Part shown: positions 20,501-27,166 of the stretch, piece by piece
Layout of the letters: each line of letters opens with the position of its first letter
Position numbering within the stretch: position 1 is the first letter of the stretch
Notes under the pieces: generated by a model
Told to the model about the DNA's origin: nothing
The model's input: the letters and a program-made list of their open reading frames with translations, nothing else
Databases searched by the model: none
Program-made: the position numbers and the translations under genes
Source: Flavobacteriales bacterium
Lineage (GTDB): Bacteria; Bacteroidota; Bacteroidia; UBA10329
DNA: 64,000 nt
Assembly: GCA_018402015.1 (NCBI GenBank)
Contig: JAGYJL010000005.1
Span: forward strand, 7,499 to 71,498
Reading direction: 5' to 3'

Positions 20501-21986
20501 TTCGTTGGAATGGCGGTCGCCACTTACCAAGTTCGACCTTGACAATTTCATCATTTCCGCCAAAAAGGTCGATCACATAGATGTGGCCGATGCGATCATT
20601 TATCCAGATAGCGGGAATGTTACCGTTAGAGAACAAGCAGCCATGGATCCGCTCGAGAATTCTCGGGTTGTGGCCAACCGTATCACCAAGTTCCACACAT
20701 TCTATGAGTCAGCCGTCAATGTGCTTGGTAAGTGGAAATATACAGGCACTGGTAAGTACGATTATGAGGATGTAACGGGAGCCAAGCAGTTGATCGATTT
20801 CTCAACCATTGGCGTGGATTCTGCAGGACAGACCTTTGCAACTGGTGTGATTACGGAAGAAGCATCGTTTACCCTCAGTCCTAATTTCGATTATAAAGGA
20901 AAGGCGAAACTTTTTGCCAGCAAGGAGTTCTTGACCTATGAAGGAAGTACTCGTATCAAACACGATTGTCCCGGGCTTGCAAGAGATTGGCTGGCCTTTG
21001 ATGCCGATATAGACCCGAATAGCATCTACATTCCTATTCCTGCCGATCCTAAAGACGCAACTGGAAAGGCCATGTCATCGGGTGTTGTTATCAGTAAGGA
21101 TACCACAAAGGTTTATCCGACATTCCTGTCTAAGAAGTTACAGGCCAACGATATAGATATCGTAGCTGCAGAGGGCTATCTGCACTTCGATAATGAGAGT
21201 CAGGAGTACCGCATATCCAATAAGGACAAACTGCAAGGTGCCGTGGTTGGTGGTAACTACGTTAGTTTGAGTAACGAGTGTATTGCTCGCGGGCAAGGCA
21301 AGTTGAACATGGGAATGGATTTCGGTCAGGTTGAGCTTACTCCTTTAGGAACGGTCGAACACAACATGAATAACGACTCCACCAAATTCAAGTTATTCCT
21401 CGGTTTAGATTTCTTCTTCAATGATGAATGTCTAAGAATTATGGCCGATCGATTGACCAATCATTTTCCGCCATTGGACCCCGTGTTCTATGGTACAGAG
21501 TATGAAAAGGCGCTGATCGAACTCGTTGGTAAGGAAGAAACAACCAAGCTCATTCAGGAATTGAACCTATATGGATCTTTCAAGAAACTGCCTAAGGAGT
21601 TGCAGAAGACCATGTTCCTTACCGATGCTGAGTTGACCTGGGATGCTGAATCAGGTTCGTACCGATACAAAGGATTCATTGGAATTTCGTCTGTTGGTAA
21701 GTACCAAGTAAACAAAATGGTATTCGGGTTGATAGAGTTGAAGAAGAAACGAAATGGCGATGAGCTTTCTGTCTATTTCGAACCGAGCGATGATAGTTGG
21801 TTCTACTTTAACTATAAACGAGGCATGCTCGGAGCGGTTGCATCGCACGATGATTTCAATGCGCAGATACGTGACACCAAAGACGACAAACGAACTCAAA
21901 AAGGAGAGAAAGGCAAGCCTAATCTCACCTATGTTCTTTCAACAGCTATACAAAGAAGAAATTTTGTTCGTTCGTTTGAAGAATGA
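17568..21986 (+). CDS. Giant secreted hypothetical protein (1472 aa) that is co-operonic with tpiA-prmA. It may be a TamB/AsmA-like envelope protein, but I recognise no diagnostic motif.
   Basis: The signal peptide is MKKFLFLLAVIVTASAGISSAQQ. The frame is continuous for 4.4 kb. There is a 1-nt gap to prmA. Confidence 0.55.
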   Translation: MKKFLFLLAVIVTASAGISSAQQLKSFTHDNEKYIQELQDFFAQGDPKAAKKLIEETFLPVWNSGHYSTQQKERVYTMSDLMLKEKKKAVDFENYLYALMSFAKSMKPASDFDAFHDGMEQTIQKLSRKGFTSYLEVCRGLFTEYILFESPAVKWVAKFDAYKIQFDSLPKIVFGKLDLKAYSKRDSSVIYGTEGVYYPTITKWVGKGGKIDWRRAGFDPNKTYAEIDNYVLNTTKSQYEIDSVTFHHPDYLDRPHIGKLTEKILADVDTSDASYPRFDSYDKRIVIENMYKDIDYSGGFSQHGVKFIGSGDDEQNATLIFRKMNHITKENEPFMEARSKSFVIRPEKILSKKSEIAMYYEGDSIYHPGLRLNYNVENHEVTLSKESEGSGRSPFFDSYHKVDMHVDEIKWNMVQDWMDLANTTGGAESSALFESETYYDEYRYDRIRGTADTHPLWKIRNYAKEIGMEELTVEQVARLFKADISETKVFLMNLSNSGFMTYNYDKEIVVIKPRLHHYVLSRSRKTDYDILQFESTIEGLPNAKLNLLNWDMDLNGVGRVFLSDSQNVVVFPYEQELTLKKNRDFSFDGKVIGGRLDFFGHDFYFSYDDFKINLNKVDSIRLKVPDGEPDENGRQKLRAVKTVLRDLKGELLVDRPDNKSGLVDHPRYPVFNSTDDSFVYYDKRSIQDGAYKKESFYMHLKPFSIDSLENFTKEGLAFGGTFVSAGIFPDFEETLTLQPDFSLGFVRETPPEGLDMYGGKGNYKATIKLSHDGLRGDGDLEYLTSVSKSDDFIFYPDSVNGVAQDFTITKQKSPTAYPPVVGKDVRVHWMPKLDHFYSYKIDNAFDMYEGEVAHHGGLDLSPKGLDGFGNLDFADSYMRSNRFNFDYRDFHADTADFKLKGKSETSYAFKTSNVQMDVNLDDRKGKFKSNTGGDYVDFPVNQYICYIDEFVWNIDAKDIDVVSDGEGSRYVSTNPKQDSLEWRSPLTKFDLDNFIISAKKVDHIDVADAIIYPDSGNVTVREQAAMDPLENSRVVANRITKFHTFYESAVNVLGKWKYTGTGKYDYEDVTGAKQLIDFSTIGVDSAGQTFATGVITEEASFTLSPNFDYKGKAKLFASKEFLTYEGSTRIKHDCPGLARDWLAFDADIDPNSIYIPIPADPKDATGKAMSSGVVISKDTTKVYPTFLSKKLQANDIDIVAAEGYLHFDNESQEYRISNKDKLQGAVVGGNYVSLSNECIARGQGKLNMGMDFGQVELTPLGTVEHNMNNDSTKFKLFLGLDFFFNDECLRIMADRLTNHFPPLDPVFYGTEYEKALIELVGKEETTKLIQELNLYGSFKKLPKELQKTMFLTDAELTWDAESGSYRYKGFIGISSVGKYQVNKMVFGLIELKKKRNGDELSVYFEPSDDSWFYFNYKRGMLGAVASHDDFNAQIRDTKDDKRTQKGEKGKPNLTYVLSTAIQRRNFVRSFEE

Positions 21987-22000
21987 TCTGATTATATTTG
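21971..22000 (+). promoter_or_regulatory. Putative Bacteroidetes σA promoter for tRNA-Arg, with -33 TTTG and -7 TATATTTG
   Basis: TATATTTG at 21993-22000 matches the TAnnTTTG -7 consensus, and TTTG lies about 20 bp upstream. The tRNA starts at 22019. Confidence 0.35.
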
Positions 22001-22018
22001 CAGCCCCAAAAAAGGGAT

Positions 22019-22092
22019 GGCTATGTAGCTCAACTGGATAGAGCACCTCACTACGGATGAGGAGGTTCGGGGTTCGAATCCCTGCATGGTCA
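22019..22092 (+). tRNA. tRNA-Arg (anticodon ACG), 74 nt, with no encoded CCA
   Basis: Manual fold: acceptor GGCTATG/CATGGTC with two G·U pairs, D-arm GCTC-AACTGGATA-GAGC, anticodon stem CCTCA/TGAGG with loop CTACGGA giving ACG, variable loop AGGTT, and T-arm CGGGG-TTCGAAT-CCCTG. Confidence 0.85.
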
Positions 22093-22104
22093 CAGCAAAA
22101 GGAA

Positions 22105-22126
22105 GGAGGCAGCAGCCTCCTTTTTT
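22105..22126 (+). terminator. Rho-independent terminator after tRNA-Arg
   Basis: ggaggc-agca-gcctcc followed by T6. Confidence 0.55.
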
Positions 22127-22147
22127 ATTGCCCTGCTTTAGCCATAG

Positions 22148-22324
22148 CGGAAGTTTACCATCGGGCTTTTCGGTAGCCGAATCATCATGGAGAAATTGAA
22201 CTATGTCCATCAGGATCCGGTCGAATCGCATCTTGTGCAATTTCCTGAACAGTATATTTACAGTAGCGCAGTGAACTATGCCGATGGCATCGGTCTGCTG
22301 GAAGTTGAACGCATTGGATATTGA
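22148..22324 (+). mobile_element. 3' remnant (~58 codons) of an IS200/IS605-family (COG1943, REP-associated tyrosine transposase-like) transposase gene. The N-terminal catalytic part is absent.
   Basis: The open frame RKFTIGLFGSRIIMEKLNYVHQDPVESHLVQFPEQYIYSSAVNYADGIGLLEVERIGY* resembles the C-termini of Bacteroidetes COG1943 transposases (...IHxNPVRAGLVxxPEDYxYSSAxxY...GLLEVE...). Only 55 nt separate the upstream in-frame stop (22145-22147) from the tRNA. Confidence 0.5.
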
Positions 22325-22507
22325 AATGAGAGCTATGGATGCTTTAGGAATGATGAATGCTTCGGAGATCAGTCAAATCCCGATAGCTATCGGGATGATC
22401 GTACCAAGTTCCACACAAGACATCCTGTGGAAGTCTTGCGTGATCGGGTGTTCTTTGTGCAATGACCTAAGATTGCTGCAAACAGCACGACTGCTTAAGA
22501 CACGGGA

Positions 22508-24016
22508 ATGAGAGCCGTGAGAACCATAGCGGGATCAATTATTGCCTTGCTGATATTTACGAAATGTCAGGTTCAGGCGCAGCCTATCCGGTTTTCGGAA
22601 CATTACGACCTGAACAATGGAGCCGGAGGCTTCTTGTCCGGGATCCATCTGGGAAATGATACGCTGCTTGTGGTCGGCTATAGTCTCAACCTGTCAACCA
22701 ACAGTGGGTACGATGAGGGGCATCATATAGTGATCGGATCGGAAGGCGAACTTATACATGAACACCAGTTGAGTGCACAACAGATAAGTTACAAGACCAA
22801 CAACATCATCCGTTCATCCTATTCAGATGCCATATTTTCGGCAGGATCTCATTGCGATTACAATGTGCCAAGCCCCGGCTACTGCGACTTCTACTTCGCT
22901 CGACTGGATGAGACAGGCGACACCCTTTTCACCAAGGTGCTCGCAAGGCCCGATACGAGCGACCTACTTTTGAGCATGGTGGAGACCCGCCCCAACAAGA
23001 TAATGCTCATCGGTTGGACCTACGATGACACCACCGATACCAATGCGGACATACTGCTCATTACCGTAGACACCCTTGGCAACGAGGTGAACAGGGTTGT
23101 TTATGGGGGGGGTGGTACGGATTATATCCATTCGGGTATCGTTATAAATGAAGATGGCGAGGTGTTGATGACGGGATATACGGCAAGTTTTGCCGGGTCG
23201 GATAATGACACCTGGTTGATCAAGACCGACAGCATTGGAAATGTTATCTGGCATCAGACCTATAATCATCTTTCTTCTTCTGGTGGTGACGCGGCATCAA
23301 GTGTAAGCAGGTCAAATGATGGAAACTTTTTTTTGGCAGGAGGAGCTGAGAATTCTTCAAGTGGAAATTCCGATGGTGTTCTTATGAAGATAACACCGGA
23401 TGGAGATCCGGTTTGGACAAAAAAGTACATCCCCAACAGTGGGTCGCAGAGTTTTTGGTCTGTCCAAGTTCTTCCCAACGGGGATATTGTGGCTGTCGGT
23501 CAAACAACTAATACTGATGACGGCAGTCAGGCCGGATGGTTGGTGAAAACCGATGCCAATGGTGACACCCTTTGGACACGCACGTACAACCCTTCTGATG
23601 CCACAGACCTGCTACGCAATATGTTGGTTATGCCCAACGGGGATATTGTGATGGTCGGTTTTGGCCGCGGAGAGAACTCCACCACACAGGATGGCTGGAT
23701 ATTGCGGGTAGATAGCATGGGGTGCTTGGTGGAGGGATGCTTTTCCGTAGGGATTGACGATAGAACGATTGACGATGAACGATTTGCGATTTTTCCAAAT
23801 CCTGCGGAGAACATTTTGAACATCGTTTCAGAACAAGCAATGGAAGAGGTCAGATTGTATGATATGCAAGGCCGCACGGTAAGTTCATTCATTTTGTTGC
23901 GTCAGCAAACCTTGGAGCTTGACGTTTCCGGGCTGAACGCAGGTCTGTTCATTCTGGAGGTGCTTGACACAGAGGGCATCCGCAATGTGAGAAAGGTTAT
24001 TGTTGAAAGGCCATGA
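22508..24016 (+). CDS. Secreted β-propeller-repeat protein with a T9SS type-A C-terminal sorting domain
   Basis: The signal peptide is MRAVRTIAGSIIALLIFTKCQVQA. Repeated DGWLVKTDxxGDTLWT / NGDIVxVG motifs are present. The C-terminus (FAIFPNPAENILNIV...LYDMQGRTVSS...LDVSGLNAGLFILEV) is a Por-secretion CTD. An internal G8 tract lies at 23105-23112. Confidence 0.75.
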   Translation: MRAVRTIAGSIIALLIFTKCQVQAQPIRFSEHYDLNNGAGGFLSGIHLGNDTLLVVGYSLNLSTNSGYDEGHHIVIGSEGELIHEHQLSAQQISYKTNNIIRSSYSDAIFSAGSHCDYNVPSPGYCDFYFARLDETGDTLFTKVLARPDTSDLLLSMVETRPNKIMLIGWTYDDTTDTNADILLITVDTLGNEVNRVVYGGGGTDYIHSGIVINEDGEVLMTGYTASFAGSDNDTWLIKTDSIGNVIWHQTYNHLSSSGGDAASSVSRSNDGNFFLAGGAENSSSGNSDGVLMKITPDGDPVWTKKYIPNSGSQSFWSVQVLPNGDIVAVGQTTNTDDGSQAGWLVKTDANGDTLWTRTYNPSDATDLLRNMLVMPNGDIVMVGFGRGENSTTQDGWILRVDSMGCLVEGCFSVGIDDRTIDDERFAIFPNPAENILNIVSEQAMEEVRLYDMQGRTVSSFILLRQQTLELDVSGLNAGLFILEVLDTEGIRNVRKVIVERP

Positions 24017-24143
24017 GGATTCTGCTGTCAATACAGGTGCACTTATCATTACGCTTGAGGGCGACAGCCAAGACCTTGATAGTGAGACGCTGATGGTGCA
24101 GTAACCCCAACAAGGTCGTGTACCTATTGTAAAAACAACAGAA

Positions 24144-24180
24144 AGCGGAGTTAGGCCCTATGCCTAACTCCGCTTTCTGT
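24144..24180. terminator. Bidirectional hairpin terminator between the convergent 22508..24016 and 24198..25163 genes
   Basis: A perfect 13-bp stem agcggagttaggc / gcctaactccgct with loop cctat. Confidence 0.55.
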
Positions 24181-24197
24181 ATTACAGACACGTGGTC

Positions 24198-25163
24198 TTA
24201 CGCGGGGGTGATCACCTCCATGTTGTAGCTTCCAGCTATGGCCGGGTCGGTGTTGGTCACGTTGAAGAAACTGCTTGTGGGGTTGCTGAAATCGCTGGCC
24301 TTTCCTTCAATTACAGCTCCGGGGGCAAGCGTAAGCCCATCCACCCCGCAGGCCAAGTTGGCGTCTGTGCTCTCGCAGAAGGTCAATGGCACCGTTCCAG
24401 TGTTGGTAATGATGATGGTGGCATTGGCCGCCATTCCCTGTAGAATATTGACCGTGGATAATGGTTCCACCGTACCGCTGTATTCCTCTTCGATAGGCGG
24501 TTTGCTGGCGTGCTGTTGCAGCAGGCTCACTTCAAAGTAGTTGAAAATGGTGTCGGGCGTCAGTCCGAACTTGTCCATGAGCGAACCGAGGTTACGATAC
24601 ATCATTACAGCAATGTCTTTTCGGGCGGCCTCCAGGTCGGTGCTGGCCTGTGCGCTGGTCTGTTCGCGTGCCTGCTGGGCATCGCGTGCGGCCTTGATGG
24701 TGGTGTAGAACCCATCCACCGTACCTTTGAGTGCGGCCAGTGGGGCATAAGAACCTAACGAGTCGCCAAGGGTCTTAACAGCGGCAATGCGCTCATCCTT
24801 TGTGCCTTGCTGTAGCGGTTCGCGGCCGCTTGGCAGCAAGGTGGTATGTTCTACCGTTCCTTTATCGTACTGCACCATAATGTTGGTGTCCCACTGCCGG
24901 GCCAATGTGGCCGAAAGACTGTCTAGCATGGCATCTACCGTTTGCGTAGCGCCTTTGTAAAAGGCCTGTTCGCTTTTCCAGTTGCTATACCGTTGCAAAT
25001 AAAGATCGTGCACCGGAGTGGTGCGGTTAAGTAAGATGAGAATGTCGGGGTCGGCCTGTTGCGCCAGCAGTTTGGCGTAGTGGTCGTTGGTCACTGTCAG
25101 CATCAGTCGGTAAGAACCAACCGTTGCATTGTCGAACTGATTTTCAAGATAATGCCATTCCAT
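24198..25163 (-). CDS. Hypothetical cytoplasmic protein (321 aa) with no recognisable domain. Its composition is atypical, about 56% GC in a sampled 100 nt against about 42% for housekeeping genes here.
   Basis: Long clean ORF with no signal peptide. GC enrichment is judged by eye from a manual count of 100 nt. It lies inside the tRNA-flanked islet. Confidence 0.55.
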   Translation of the reverse strand: MEWHYLENQFDNATVGSYRLMLTVTNDHYAKLLAQQADPDILILLNRTTPVHDLYLQRYSNWKSEQAFYKGATQTVDAMLDSLSATLARQWDTNIMVQYDKGTVEHTTLLPSGREPLQQGTKDERIAAVKTLGDSLGSYAPLAALKGTVDGFYTTIKAARDAQQAREQTSAQASTDLEAARKDIAVMMYRNLGSLMDKFGLTPDTIFNYFEVSLLQQHASKPPIEEEYSGTVEPLSTVNILQGMAANATIIITNTGTVPLTFCESTDANLACGVDGLTLAPGAVIEGKASDFSNPTSSFFNVTNTDPAIAGSYNMEVITPA

Positions 25164-25295
25164 GATCGGTATTTTTAAAGGTTATACCAGCATTAACTGA
25201 GGCCACGATTGGTTTATTTTTTGGCATATTCTGCTTTAACATTTCTTCACAATTGTGCACTACAACCGTGGCGCATGGATGCCCGACAACGGAAT

Positions 25296-25589
25296 GGCAC
25301 GCCACAGTTGTTCGGTGCGATCGGCAGCGTAGAGAATGCCACGCCACAGTTGTTCGGTGCGATCGGGAGCGTAGGGAACGGCACGCTACAGATGTTCGGT
25401 CTGATCGGGAGCGTACCGAATGCCACGCCACAGATGTTCGGTGCGATCGGGAGCGTAGGGAATGGCACGGCACAACTGTTTGGTACGATCAGGAGCGTAC
25501 CGAATGGCACGCCACAGTTGTTCGGTGCGATCGGGAGCGTAGAGAATGGCACGGCACAACTGTTTGGTGCGATCGGGAGCGTACAGAAT
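25296..25589. repeat. Tandem minisatellite: 7 copies of a 42-bp unit (consensus ggcacgccacagttgttcggtgcgatcgggagcgtagagaat), plus a degenerate 8th copy upstream at about 25263-25295
   Basis: Units start at 25296, 25338, 25380, 25422, 25464, 25506 and 25548, with 3-8 substitutions per unit. The period is 3×14, and 4 of 6 frames are open across the array (track ORFs 25209-25607+, 25253-25603+, 25247-25624- and 25144-25473-). Confidence 0.9.
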
Positions 25590-25647
25590 CCGACTACACT
25601 TAGTTGAAATTGCTTCACCACCAACTGTGCAGAAGTGGCGGTGCGGT

Positions 25648-25693
25648 GGTTCGGGGTTCGAATCCCTGCATGGTCACAGCAAAAGGAAGGAGG
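25648..25693 (+). repeat. Direct repeat of the 3' ~30 nt of tRNA-Arg plus its downstream terminator stem (att-like duplication); identical to 22064-22109
   Basis: ggttcggggttcgaatccctgcatggtcacagcaaaaggaaggagg occurs at both places. Upstream of the copy the sequence (ggcggtgcggt) diverges from the tRNA body. Confidence 0.8.
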
Positions 25694-25710
25694 TTTAGCC
25701 TCCTTTTTTT
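25689..25710 (+). terminator. Hairpin plus T-tract following the partial tRNA copy
   Basis: ggagg-tttag-cctcc followed by T7. Confidence 0.5.
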
Positions 25711-25743
25711 ATTCCCACCAATCAAATAACCACTTTATTACAT

Positions 25744-26298
25744 TTGCACGAACAATACGTCTCAGTGCAAAAAGCAATCATTCGCATAGGTGTTTTCTCA
25801 GTACTTGTCAGTTTTATGGCTGCTTGTTCATCCAATAAGAACTTGGTGTCGGTATTGGTAGAAGACAAGGCTGGCAATGTAGAGTTGATCTACACCAAAG
25901 CACAGGCCCCGGAAAATCTGGTAAAAGAGATACGTTATTACCCAAATGGCGACACGCTAAGTGTTACTCCAATGCTGAAAGGCGCAGTTAATGGAGTGGT
26001 GAGCAATTATCATAAGAACAACAGACTCAAAGAGCAGATCAGTTTTGTTAATGGTAAGCAGAATGGTGCGTTCAGAAGGTTCGATGCAGAAGGCGTTCTT
26101 GTGTTTGAAGGAAGCTTGGTAGATGGTAAGAAGACTGGCGTTTGGACCACTTGGTATGATGAGGTTCAGATGGAAGAACAGAGAAACTATACTGACGATG
26201 TGCCAGACGGAAAATGGACCTATTGGTACATAGATGGAAGCCCCAAAAGAGAAGAGGTGTACAAAGCTGGCAAGCTCATTGCAGAGAAAGACTTTTAA
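25744..26298 (+). CDS. MORN-variant repeat (YwqK-like 'antitoxin' family) lipoprotein
   Basis: A lipoprotein-type N-terminus (SVLVSFMAACSS) is followed by repeated GxxxxYYxNGxxK / GKxxGxWTxWYxxG units typical of the MORN-variant/YwqK family. Confidence 0.65.
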   Translation: MHEQYVSVQKAIIRIGVFSVLVSFMAACSSNKNLVSVLVEDKAGNVELIYTKAQAPENLVKEIRYYPNGDTLSVTPMLKGAVNGVVSNYHKNNRLKEQISFVNGKQNGAFRRFDAEGVLVFEGSLVDGKKTGVWTTWYDEVQMEEQRNYTDDVPDGKWTYWYIDGSPKREEVYKAGKLIAEKDF

Positions 26299-26312
26299 TC
26301 GACCCCATAGTG

Positions 26313-27086
26313 ATGAGATTTTTACTTCCCCTAATATTACTACTGCCACTTGGCACACTTGCACAGGAAACTGTTAAGGAATTTTACGAATCGCGCAGAC
26401 TCAAATCGGTTGCAACCGTTGAAAATGGTCTGAAAAACGGAGTTTATACCGAGTGGCACGAGAACGGCCAGAAGAAAAGCGAAGGCGTTTATAAAGACGG
26501 GAAGAAAGAAGGCAAGTGGCAGGAATGGTATCAGAATGGAAAACTGTGGAACTTAATGCATTTCGAAAATGACATACCGAACGGTCGTTATGTAGATTAC
26601 GATATGAATGGTGCCCAGGTTGAGGAAGGAAATATGCTGAATGGTGTTCCGAATGGCCCTTTTTACACATGGTATAATGATGGCACGGCTAGGAGTGAAG
26701 GTGTTCTAAAGAACGGAATGAAAGTGGAGGTCTGGACCACGTACTACGAGAATGGTGTCAAGAAAGATCAGGGAGAATACAAGATGAACCGCAGGGTAGG
26801 AACTTGGGAAGAATGGCACGAGAACGCTAAAATGAAATCTCGTGGAACCTACTTTGCCGGACTAAAACACGGTAATTGGACCTATTGGTTCAGTAATGGA
26901 AGAAAAGAGAAGGAAGGAGAGTACTTTGAAGATCGCCTAAAAGGCATTTGGAGCCATTGGCACGAGAACGGACAACTGGAAAGTAAAGGCAATTATTTCG
27001 GAGAACAAAAGGTCGGAAATTGGAAGTATTGGAACGCTGATGGCGAGTTGGTGAATCAAGAAACCTTCCCTGTTCCGGAGCAATAG
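26313..27086 (+). CDS. MORN-variant repeat (YwqK-like) secreted protein, paralogous to the preceding gene
   Basis: The signal peptide is MRFLLPLILLLPLGTLA. There are 8 or more repeats of the form NGxKxxEGxYKDGKKEGKWxEWYxNG. The track ORF begins at 26214, but the likely start is the signal-peptide Met at 26313. Confidence 0.65.
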   Translation: MRFLLPLILLLPLGTLAQETVKEFYESRRLKSVATVENGLKNGVYTEWHENGQKKSEGVYKDGKKEGKWQEWYQNGKLWNLMHFENDIPNGRYVDYDMNGAQVEEGNMLNGVPNGPFYTWYNDGTARSEGVLKNGMKVEVWTTYYENGVKKDQGEYKMNRRVGTWEEWHENAKMKSRGTYFAGLKHGNWTYWFSNGRKEKEGEYFEDRLKGIWSHWHENGQLESKGNYFGEQKVGNWKYWNADGELVNQETFPVPEQ

Positions 27087-27166
27087 ATTCCTTCGCTCAG
27101 GCCAACTTGCTTGACTTCAGTATTTTTCACTTTCTTTAGTGCTTGCAAATCAAAGCGAACTAATCT

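Noticed and set aside
22278-22511. A 77-aa ORF between the transposase remnant and the T9SS gene
   Set aside because: It has no motif or RBS-like context and lies in the decayed region next to a truncated transposase, so it is most likely non-coding.
25296-25589. Could the 42-bp repeat array be a CRISPR array?
   Set aside because: The units are contiguous, all positions are homologous between units, and there are no unique spacers. There is no cas gene anywhere in the window. It is a tandem minisatellite.
22019-25710. Intact integrative element or prophage at tRNA-Arg
   Set aside because: No integrase, excisionase, phage structural or conjugation gene is present. Only a ~58-codon transposase C-terminal fragment remains. 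It is called a decayed islet or hotspot rather than an active element.
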